Shown in pieces: positions 1-8,300 of a DNA stretch of 32,000 nt. The position numbers were made by a program, and so were the translations under genes. Source of the DNA: Archaeoglobus fulgidus DSM 4304 (lineage in GTDB: Archaea; Halobacteriota; Archaeoglobi; Archaeoglobales; Archaeoglobaceae); NCBI RefSeq assembly GCF_000008665.1, contig NC_000917.1:1260001-1292000 (forward strand). Direction: 5' to 3'. Position 1 is the stretch's first letter, and each line of letters starts with the position of its first letter. Under the pieces are notes generated by a model, which was not told where the DNA came from, ran no database searches, and was given only the letters and a program-made list of their open reading frames with translations.

Positions 1-1556
1 TTGCCGAATATCTCATTCAACAAAAGCTTTAAGTAGGCGTTGCCGTTGTAATCACACCTGACGAAAATACTACCCCTTTCGTTCAGCAACTCCCTCCCAA
101 GCCTGATTCTGTTTTCAAGCATCGTTATCCACGTTGCATCCTTGTAACCAACCTTATAGAGAAAGTCAGCTTCCTGCTCTTTGTTGAAGGGAGGGTCGAT
201 GTAGATCGTCTGAACCTTTTCGTAGTACTTGCTCAGCAGCAGATTTAAGGCGTGAAAGTTCTCGCTTTTTATCAAAACACCATCCAAAATCTCATCCAAA
301 TCATTTTCCCTGGTTAAAGCGTCCACCAATTTCCACTTAAAGCTCTCGCTGAAATGTCTCGTGTCAATCGGCAGCTTTTTCCACTCCTTTCCCTCCAGAG
401 TGTGGCCGGAAAGGAGGTCGCCTTTTCCCTTAACTTCGATGCCGAAAAGCTCCCTCCACTCCTCTCTCTGCCTTTCGTTGCTCAAAATCTCGTCAAGAAT
501 GCTTTCTAGGAACTCTTCTCCAGCATACTCCTTAATCCTGTCCAGTGTGATTACGTAATGCGTATCAACAACGAACTTCTTCTTTTCCCAGAGCCTCTTC
601 TGAAAGTTTTCAATCTGCGCCAGAAAATCGATTATCTTCAGAGCGATTCTTCTGAAAACCCTCATTCCAGCAAGGTAAAGTCTCAGCCTCTCAAAATATT
701 TGCTCTCCTCCAAAACCTGCAGGTCCTCCAGCTGCAAAAACTCGTTTTTAATGTAAAAGTCCAATTCACGCTCCAGAAATCCCCTCAAATCCCTGTGAAT
801 GAAATAGTCTGTCGTGTTTCTTCTGGTGTAATTGTAGAGATGCCTTTCAATGTAACTCCTGCCCTTCTGGGAGTTCGGGTCTTTTTCGAAGATTAGTCTT
901 GCCAAACTTTTTTCCGGAATCTTTCTCTGCAAAATCCTAACCGTTTCCTCGTTGATTCTATCCTGCGTTATTCGCTTGAACCTTTTCTCTTCCTCCTCAG
1001 TAAGACCTCTGTATTCAAAGTATATGTTCAGCTCCCTCCTCTCCTCGTCGAAGTCCGCTATTTTTTCACTTAAAACGAAAAACTTCCTCTCCGGTGACTT
1101 TATGTTGCCCTTCTCCTCCTCTGCCTCCACAACTCTAAAGTTAACGGTCAACTCCTTAACCCTAAACGTGTACCTCCCGAAGCATTCGGTGGTTTTTACG
1201 TAATATTGATCCTTGTTTGCCCAGTAAAGCAAAACCTCCTCACCGTTGTAGGGAACGACGTACTTTTCATTCCTTCCGTATCTCCTTTTGCTTATGAAGT
1301 CGCCTTTGTCATAGTACCTTGAGAAGAACGTTATCAGATGATTGTAAACCTCCTTCTCCAGCTCTTCAGCCAATTTCAGCTGATTTTCAATTTCCTCAAT
1401 TAAATCCTTCTCGATGAACCTTTCAATCTCCTCCCGCCTGTAGTTCATTATCCTGTAGATGCCAAAGTCCAGATCAGCATTCTCGAATTGAAACATTTCT
1501 CTTAAATTTGCCTTCAATTTCTCTTTCAGGTCGCTTTTGCCCTCCATACTACCCAT
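1..1556 (-). CDS. Site-specific adenine DNA methyltransferase (beta-class, type III Mod-like), N-terminal ~515 aa, truncated by the left window edge
   Basis: My reverse-strand translation is open from ATG at 1547 (alternative in-frame ATG at 1556) to position 1: M(GSM)EGKSDLKEKLKANLREMFQFENADLDFGIYRIMNYRREEIERF...YFSRYYDKGDFISKRRYG...; the DNA-methyltransferase motif IV VQTIYIDPPFNKEQEADFLYKVGYKDATW is followed by RIRLGRELLNERGSIFVRCDYNG. Absent from the supplied ORF track because the frame has no stop inside the window. Confidence 0.88.
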   Translation of the reverse strand, partial: MGSMEGKSDLKEKLKANLREMFQFENADLDFGIYRIMNYRREEIERFIEKDLIEEIENQLKLAEELEKEVYNHLITFFSRYYDKGDFISKRRYGRNEKYVVPYNGEEVLLYWANKDQYYVKTTECFGRYTFRVKELTVNFRVVEAEEEKGNIKSPERKFFVLSEKIADFDEERRELNIYFEYRGLTEEEEKRFKRITQDRINEETVRILQRKIPEKSLARLIFEKDPNSQKGRSYIERHLYNYTRRNTTDYFIHRDLRGFLERELDFYIKNEFLQLEDLQVLEESKYFERLRLYLAGMRVFRRIALKIIDFLAQIENFQKRLWEKKKFVVDTHYVITLDRIKEYAGEEFLESILDEILSNERQREEWRELFGIEVKGKGDLLSGHTLEGKEWKKLPIDTRHFSESFKWKLVDALTRENDLDEILDGVLIKSENFHALNLLLSKYYEKVQTIYIDPPFNKEQEADFLYKVGYKDATWITMLENRIRLGRELLNERGSIFVRCDYNGNAYLKLLLNEIFG

Positions 1557-1624
1557 CCCTTAGTCTTTAGTCTTATTATCCTACCACCCATTCATTTTTG
1601 AGCGTATCGGTTTCGTGTTCGAGA

Positions 1625-2587
1625 TGTGATATCCCGAATTAATTTCACTCCTCAAACAACCACCTCCCGTACTCAAACACCCTTTCAGCAGGTAGCTTCC
1701 TCAAAAAGGCCTGATAGGGAGTCTCCAATTCGTCGAAATTCAGGCTCATGTGAGGCTTAACGTAATTGTACCAATAAATGAACTCATCCAAAGAATCAAA
1801 CAGATGGATCTTCTGCTCCATCAAACCAAAGAACCTCTCTATCTTTCCATTCGTTTGTGGATGGTTTATTCTGGCAAGAACATGCCTTACTCCATTCTCG
1901 GCCAAAAACTCCCTGAATCTATGCTTGGCCTTCTCTCTGCTTTTAGCTGCAACAAACTGAGTTCCGTGATCTGTGAGGATCTCATCCGGAATGCCATACT
2001 CCCTGAATCCCACTTTCAGGACTCTAATCGTGTTCTCAGTCGTAGCTGAATCGAAGACTCCGTAACAAGTAATAAAGCGGGAAGCATCATCCATGAAGGC
2101 TATAATCCATTTCTCTCCAAGCCTCTTCCAGTCTCCCTGCCATAAAGACATTGAGTGGGTTCTTTCGTATCTAACCCATTTCCTTCGTTTCTTCTTGCTC
2201 ATGTTCTCCTCCACCAAACCGTGTTTGAGTAAAACTTTGTAGATTGTATTATGGGAGATGTGGATGCCGTAATCCCTTTCTATCAGCTTTTCAAGAGGTA
2301 CTGGGCTGAGTCTGTATTTTTTGTAAGCTTGCAGGATTATTTTTTCTGTTTCCTCGTCTATTTCCTTGGGCTTTCTTCCCGGTTGTTTCAGTTCTGGAAT
2401 CTGGCCAGTTTCCTCATATTGTTTTTTAAGCTGGTAGATTCTTCTTGGTGTAACTCTCATCACAGCGGCTATTTCCTTTACTGGAGCTCCCTTGTCAAGC
2501 TGTCTGATTATCCACCTGATCTTTTTGTTCGTTAGTTTTCTCACATGAAGTGGGTGTTTAGTAGTGAAATAATTTAGGGATACTACA
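1625..2587 (-). mobile_element. Insertion sequence, 963 bp, ISA0963-like
   Basis: Imperfect terminal inverted repeats: left TGTGATATCCCGAATTAATTTCACTCCTCAA versus reverse complement of the right end TGTAGTATCCCTAAATTATTTCACTACTAAA. They enclose a DDE/rve transposase. Length 963 bp agrees with the size-based name of the A. fulgidus element ISA0963. No clear target-site duplication seen. Confidence 0.88.
1645..2544 (-). CDS. IS transposase with HTH and rve/DDE integrase core, 299 aa, GTG start
   Basis: VRKLTNKKIRWIIRQLDKGAPVKEIAAVMRVTPRRIYQLKKQYEE (HTH) then WIIAFMDDASRFITCYGVFD...PDEILTDHGTQF...INHPQTNGKIERFFG...PHMSLNFDELETPYQAF (DDE core). The track start at 2766 lies outside the IS and passes through the tRNA gene, so the start is reassigned to GTG at 2544. 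Confidence 0.85.
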   Translation of the reverse strand: MRKLTNKKIRWIIRQLDKGAPVKEIAAVMRVTPRRIYQLKKQYEETGQIPELKQPGRKPKEIDEETEKIILQAYKKYRLSPVPLEKLIERDYGIHISHNTIYKVLLKHGLVEENMSKKKRRKWVRYERTHSMSLWQGDWKRLGEKWIIAFMDDASRFITCYGVFDSATTENTIRVLKVGFREYGIPDEILTDHGTQFVAAKSREKAKHRFREFLAENGVRHVLARINHPQTNGKIERFFGLMEQKIHLFDSLDEFIYWYNYVKPHMSLNFDELETPYQAFLRKLPAERVFEYGRWLFEE

Positions 2588-2608
2588 CAAAAAAGCAACA
2601 ACGAAAGG

Positions 2609-2618
2609 CTTATTAAAC
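2609..2618 (+). promoter_or_regulatory. Putative TATA box of the tRNA-Gly gene
   Basis: cgaaagg-CTTATTAAAC centred ~26 nt upstream of the tRNA 5' end, with a purine-rich BRE-like sequence before it. Confidence 0.5.
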
Positions 2619-2639
2619 AAGGGACGAAAAGGCTATCAA

Positions 2640-2712
2640 GCGCCGATGGTGTAGCCTGGTAACACAGGGGCTTGCCGAGCCCCTGCCCCGGGTTCAAATC
2701 CCGGTCGGCGCA
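2640..2712 (+). tRNA. tRNA-Gly (anticodon GCC)
   Basis: GCGCCGA TG GTGT AGCCTGGTA ACAC A GGGGC TTGCCGA GCCCC TGCC CCGGG TTCAAAT CCCGG TCGGCGC A: complete 73-nt cloverleaf, anticodon GCC, discriminator A, CCA not encoded. Confidence 0.97.
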
Positions 2713-2762
2713 TAGCACTTTTTTAAAAGATGCTGAATTAAAAACTATATTAAAAATAAAAA

Positions 2763-2996
2763 TCAAACATTAAACTCAACATTGTCCAAGCTCTCAAGCT
2801 CCTGGAGAAGCTGCTCAAGCTCCTGTAGGTCCTTTGTTATGTTGACGTCTTCTATTATTTGTTCCGTTTGCTGCTCTGTTGGAGTAACTTGAGGGGTTGT
2901 TTGAGGTGCGGGTTGATGTTCCACTTGCTTTCCCTGGCAGCCTGCAAAGAGTAAAGCCGCGAGGAGCAGTGCAACAAATGCAATTCTTGACCTCAT
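2763..2996 (-). CDS. Small secreted lipoprotein, 77 aa
   Basis: MRSRIAFVALLLAALLFAGCQGKQ... has a hydrophobic signal sequence with lipobox-like LFAGC, then a Pro/Thr/Gln-rich linker and short acidic helix. Confidence 0.7.
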   Translation of the reverse strand: MRSRIAFVALLLAALLFAGCQGKQVEHQPAPQTTPQVTPTEQQTEQIIEDVNITKDLQELEQLLQELESLDNVEFNV

Positions 2997-3002
2997 GGCT
3001 CA

Positions 3003-4052
3003 TCACCCGAATGTGACAGTTTCACTGCCCTCGAATTCAATTTCGTCAGTCACCGGCCCTGTTGGTGTCTGCTTAACCCTGTAGTATCCCTCTCCATTCA
3101 GCACAAGCTCACCGCTGCCATGAGCAAGGATTCTGAACTCTCCCTGGCCGCTCGCAGTGAAGTTGCCCTTTGCCACTATCATCTTAACTCCGGGAGTGTC
3201 AACCTTTGTAACTATAACCTCTTCCGGAATCGTGACGTTTCCTTCGCCCTTGATCTGCACCATGCTGAAGTTGCCGCTCAGCTCAAAGGAGCCATTTACG
3301 TGTGCGTAGACGAATCCGGTGTGGTACTCCGGTCTTGCCTCCCTCGCCAGCTCCTTTACGATTTCAAAGGCCTCCCTGAAGAGCTGGTTTACTTCCCTCA
3401 CCTTCTCCGCAAACTCTGGTGTACCCACGTAGCTCTCTAGCTCGTCCACAGCTTCCTCAATTTCGCTTATTTTCGCATCCAGTTCACTTACGTCTACTCC
3501 AGCAGCCTCAAGTCTGTCTCTTACCTGTATCAGCCTTTCGAGGATTTGATCGTACTTCTCAATTACGTATTCGTGCGCTGCAGACCTCATCTCCTGTCTA
3601 AGCTCTCCCCACATCCCTTTGATTTCCATGGCAACTTCCCTAAGTTCTGTGTAGTTCTGGGAAGCGTTTATTTCATCTTCAATTTCGTTCAGCCTGTTCT
3701 CTATTTCCTGGAGTTTGTTCATCAGTCTCTCCTTGGTCTCATTTCCAACGTTCATGTTTTGGACTCTCATCTGGACTCTTTCCACCCACCTCTTGGCCAT
3801 CTCAACCCATGCCTGCAGGTGCTTTTTCCACGCCTCAAACCTCTTTTCCTCTGCCTGCTTCCTTGCCTCCTCTATCTTCTGCCTTGTCTGGTTGAACCAT
3901 TCCTTAGCCTTTTGGAATCCTCTCTCCGCATTTTCGAAGCTTGGCTTTCCGTCACCGACCTGGGGCTTTTCCTGCTGCCACGGTGATGCTGCCGATGCTA
4001 CCGACACCAGCAGTATCATCAAGATTCCCATTCCCAGTAAATTCCATCTCAT
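3003..4052 (-). CDS. Secreted protein with long coiled coil and beta-rich C-terminal domain, unknown function (~349 aa)
   Basis: Signal peptide MRWNLLGMGILMILLVSVASAA; ATG at 4052 is preceded by GAGGTG-GTGAAA; long E/K/R/Q-rich helical region, then C-terminal GSFELSGNFSMVQIKGEGNVTIPEE...GSETVTFG. The track start is 4061. Confidence 0.75.
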   Translation of the reverse strand: MRWNLLGMGILMILLVSVASAASPWQQEKPQVGDGKPSFENAERGFQKAKEWFNQTRQKIEEARKQAEEKRFEAWKKHLQAWVEMAKRWVERVQMRVQNMNVGNETKERLMNKLQEIENRLNEIEDEINASQNYTELREVAMEIKGMWGELRQEMRSAAHEYVIEKYDQILERLIQVRDRLEAAGVDVSELDAKISEIEEAVDELESYVGTPEFAEKVREVNQLFREAFEIVKELAREARPEYHTGFVYAHVNGSFELSGNFSMVQIKGEGNVTIPEEVIVTKVDTPGVKMIVAKGNFTASGQGEFRILAHGSGELVLNGEGYYRVKQTPTGPVTDEIEFEGSETVTFG

Positions 4053-4201
4053 TTTCACCACCTCAACCCTAAGTTGGTTTCGGAATTTATAAGGAAACTT
4101 TCGTTCTTATGGTTCAAAAAAGCCCGCAAAATGGATTTAAAGCTTTACGAAGCTTTAGGATACTTCAGAACAGTTAAAAATCGTAGGAGGGGAGTAATTT
4201 T

Positions 4202-5347
4202 TCAAACTCTCCTCCTCAGTGCAATGGTTACGGCAATGGCGATGATTGTAGCGAGAGCTTCAAATCCCGGAGTGGGCTTTTCGGGAAGATGGGGATGGGG
4301 AATAGGGGCACCTTTGCTTGCAGCGAGAACGAAAACTCCACTCTCGTTTGAGCTGTAGCTGAGGGGCATGAACTCACTGCCGTTGTAGTAATCTGAAGCC
4401 AGCTTCAGTTGAGCTCCATCAAAGCGGTATATAGCTAAGGTCTTTTCAAAATCCTCAGACTCCTCCAAGTTAAGCTCAAAATACACCGATCCCTTACCAT
4501 CGTAAATGCTGGGATTGATTGTAACATTCAGGATGCTGCCATACTGAACAAACCCATCGGGCATCTTTAAATTGACAACGGAAATCTGGAAGTTCTCTCC
4601 CGAAACATTGACGCCATCAAAAACGTATGTGTTGCTTAGAGAGGCATCGTCAACAGCATACACTCCCCTCACATCATTTTTGCCCACAATCAGCCTGCTT
4701 TCTGACATGGCATGGATGAAAGCATCTCCATCGAACCTGCAATTTTCAATTAGATTTTCCTCCCCTCCGTTCAGCTCAATCCCATTACTTGTGTTGATTT
4801 CAAGATTTCTCAGCTTAACACCTCTTGAGGACTCCGCAGCAATGGCTATTGCTCCGCCCTCAAAACTGCTGTTTTCAATTTCCAAGGACGAGTCCTCCAA
4901 GCTCACCCCAGTGAAAAATCCGCTGAAGGAGAGCCCTTCAAGCCTCCCACTGCCAATACTGAAGGCTTTAATTCCTTCAAAGTTATTAAAAAAGCTGGAT
5001 TTCTTTATTGAAAGGTTGTTTACGAATCTGATCTCCATTCCAACGCTCCCGTTTTTGATTTCCACACCCTCAAGGGAGAAGCTGTCAACGCCGAAAACCG
5101 ATATTACTGGAAGATGTCTGAACTCAGGCTCGATAACTGCGCCATCCCCCAAAATCCTCAGCGACTTCTGTATTACTAAATTTTCTCTGTAAATGCCCGA
5201 TTCGATTAAAATTGTATCGCCGTTGGTTGAGGCTGCTATTGCATCGCTGATTGTTGTAAAATCGCACTGACCGCAAACCCTTAGGGTTGCAGCCGATACC
5301 TGCGGTGTTGCTGCAAGCAGTATCAGCATGACGAAAAGAAGCCTCAT
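4202..5347 (-). CDS. Secreted right-handed beta-helix protein with C-terminal PGF-CTERM sorting signal, 381 aa
   Basis: Signal peptide MRLLFVMLILLAATPQVSA; FTTISDAIAASTNGDTILIESGIYRENLVIQKSLRILG beta-helix entry motif and NosD/PbH1-like repeats; C-terminus PTPGFEALATIIAIAVTIALRRRV fits PGF motif + TM + Arg cluster. Confidence 0.82.
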   Translation of the reverse strand: MRLLFVMLILLAATPQVSAATLRVCGQCDFTTISDAIAASTNGDTILIESGIYRENLVIQKSLRILGDGAVIEPEFRHLPVISVFGVDSFSLEGVEIKNGSVGMEIRFVNNLSIKKSSFFNNFEGIKAFSIGSGRLEGLSFSGFFTGVSLEDSSLEIENSSFEGGAIAIAAESSRGVKLRNLEINTSNGIELNGGEENLIENCRFDGDAFIHAMSESRLIVGKNDVRGVYAVDDASLSNTYVFDGVNVSGENFQISVVNLKMPDGFVQYGSILNVTINPSIYDGKGSVYFELNLEESEDFEKTLAIYRFDGAQLKLASDYYNGSEFMPLSYSSNESGVFVLAASKGAPIPHPHLPEKPTPGFEALATIIAIAVTIALRRRV

Positions 5348-8300
5348 TTTTTCACCACCCGAATTTCAATGTTCCCTTCGTAGGTGACATCACGGCTTCC
5401 GGTGTAGCTGCGGGTCATCTGGCATTCGCGGTATCCACAATCCCATGTGTAGCTGGTGGATGAGGGAGTAGAGCGTTTTACATTATACTGCCCTCTCACT
5501 TCCTCCCATCTGTCCTCTCCAACTTTCTCAAGGATTATGCATCCCCAGAAGGGGTTTTTATCTGTTACAGACGGGTATGTTTCTACCCACACATTCTGAA
5601 CTTCAGCAAAATTACCCTCGTGGCAGCCCTCTCTCAAATTCGTAGGATTGGTTTCCGGATTCCCGTCATACTGGCAGCCTCCAGAATCGCTGTAAGAGTA
5701 TGTCTCGCTACCGCTCCCCTTCGAAGAGCTCCATGAGACAGTACTCACACTGCTGTATGTGTGGCTGTCAGAGCCTTTCATGCTGAAGCTAAGAGGGACT
5801 GGCGCTATGCAAACAAGCAAATCTCCGCTTGGGGTTTCGTAAACCATTTCAGTTTTCACATCTCCAACATGAGCCGACACCGTTCCGGAGAAGGAGCCCT
5901 GAGAACTCGATGACGAACTCACACTATTATCGCAAAAGCTGCTACTACCTCCTCCGCTATTTTCGCTGTTGTAGAACTTGGATTGTATGAATGTGGCGGT
6001 TGTCCGCTCATCTTCTCCACCCTGCTTCCATGTAGTCTGGGAGGTGAAGAAGTAAGAGTGTCCGCGAGCCTCATTCAGTGTTTTTGAATAACTTCCGCTA
6101 TCAGTCTCCCAGTGACATTCTGAATCATCAGGGCAGCACAGGGCTTGCATTGAATGAGATAGCTCCTCAGTTCCGGATAAACTCGTCACCGAAATCGCAG
6201 ACCACTTGATGAATAATGTGAATTCCTTTTCTTTCACCTTTATGCTCGCTGAATCCCTCACCACTCCGAGTTCGCTTCTATACTCAAAACTCATTCTTGC
6301 AAGCCCCTCCTTCTCCCCGGCAGTATATTTCAGCTTGGCAACACCGTTTTCATCAGTTACGGGATTTCCGGAGGCATCTAACACCCCCGCAGGAGTTAGC
6401 CTGCCGTCAAGAAGCTGATTTCTGCCCACCACTATGGATTTTCCGGCTAAGGGCTCTCTCTCCCCCTTTTCGTTTTCCCTGTAGAGGCTGACCTCCACGA
6501 AGGTTGAGTGTCTTGGGAGTATCTCCCTCTCAGCCTTCACGTCCATCTTCACACCATTTATTTTGATTACCGCGACAGCAGTAGCTTTTTTCATCCCCCT
6601 GCCGAAGGTTACAACTTTAACCAAATCCTCTCCGGCCTCTATGCCTTCTTTGAGCGTGTATTTCGCCACAGCAGTCCCCCCCTCGATCCCCTCTCCAGCT
6701 GTTCTCGTATCTCCAATGACCCACTGGTTGGAGCTAACAATCTCCCCCTCCGTTGAGACTTTCGTAGCTTCCCAATCTGCCCTCACGACTCCCCTTTCCG
6801 TTTCCTTCTGGAAGTAAACCTCCTGCCTCCTCAGCACGTTGCCGAGAGATTCGCTGATCCAGACCGCAGGTTTTCCTCTGCAGTCTGTAACCTTTGCGTA
6901 GATGGTGGCCTCTCTGCTCTCTTCCGAATCAGGTGAAACCGAGTCAGGGACAACCTTGATCTCTATCCTCGGATCTCTCGGCGGAACTGGTCTCTTCATC
7001 TCAAAATCGTCAATTATCTGCCTTAAATCGCCAGTCCTCTGAATTATCAGCCCCACATTGTCCAGAGGATTGCTAACTTCGGTCACATAGTAGTAAGTTT
7101 CAGGAAGTATCGTGCGCTGGGGAAACTCCTGCAGGTCTGCGGTGATGTGGTAGTAATGCATGTCCCCACCAATTTTTATAACGTAGAAGTAATCCGGCAT
7201 GCCGGGATTTCTTAAAGCGGTTTCCGCCTGATTCAGAACCTCAATTAGATCGTTGACGCTGTAAACCTCCACTTCAGGAGACGTGCTCCTCACGAACTCC
7301 GTCGCTCTTGCCGCCAGAAAACTGCTGATTTTAGCTTTGTCAGCTTCTTCAAAGCCCTCAATCCCGTAAAGGAGCTTAATGTCATCTCTGAGCATGTCCA
7401 ACGCAGTGTCGTCCAGAACTACGGCAACACCGACCTTCGGCTTGGAGCATGCGCTAATCCCCTCAAGCCTTATGTATTTTTCAGAAATTTTCTCCACCAG
7501 ATTTCTTCCTTCCAATCCCCACATCTCAAGCCCGGAAGAGCTCCTTTCATACAGGAACTCAAGCTCAAGGTTTCTCGTAACCTTTCTGCCACAATCAGCA
7601 GAAATCAGCGTTAGCGGTATTCGGTAAACCTTCCCGCTTCCGCTGTAAGCCTCCCCCGTCAGGTAGTATTTTCCGGGCTTTATTGTGAAGCTGTAGTCGT
7701 AGTGGTTTCCGCTGATTTCCATTTCCTCGAAATCCATGGTGTAGAAGTCTATCAGCCTGATTCTGCTAAGCACGATTGGAGAGGTGTCATCGGTATATCT
7801 GAGATACGTCCCCTCCACAGTGGAATCTTTGAAGCAGACGTGGAAGGTTGTGATGTCGTCATCCAGAAGCTCTCCTGATTCGTTGTAAAGGCTGCTCCTC
7901 AGGATGTATGTGCCCTCTGTCCAGTCTGCGACAATTTCGTTAAGTGCAACGAAGTAGTCGGAGTGAATTGGGGCGTAATTTTTAATCTCAGGCTCTTCGG
8001 AAAGCACTGGGAGGTATATTCGGTCACCATCCGGGCTTTCCAGCGAGACCATCAGCGTTCCATTCTTCTGGCTACCCGTAAGCATGTGCTCAACCAGAAT
8101 CTCCTGCCCCCTGCTGAAAACATCCCTGTTAACGTAGAGCTTCACTGAAACTTTCTGGCTGTGGTAGATTTTTTCGGTTGAGACGGAAACTTTTTTGCCA
8201 TAGCTGTCAACAATTTTCCCCACCAGCAGGTAAGTGCCCTCTTCCATGCCGTCAAAATCAAGCGTTGACGGAAGCTTTCCGTAGTAGCTTAATTTCAGAT

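Noticed and set aside
361-1203. Three short + strand ORFs (65, 112 and 83 aa)
   Set aside because: They are antisense to the open methyltransferase frame on the minus strand.
2545-2766. N-terminal extension of the transposase ORF in the track
   Set aside because: It lies outside the IS right end and crosses the tRNA-Gly gene in antisense.
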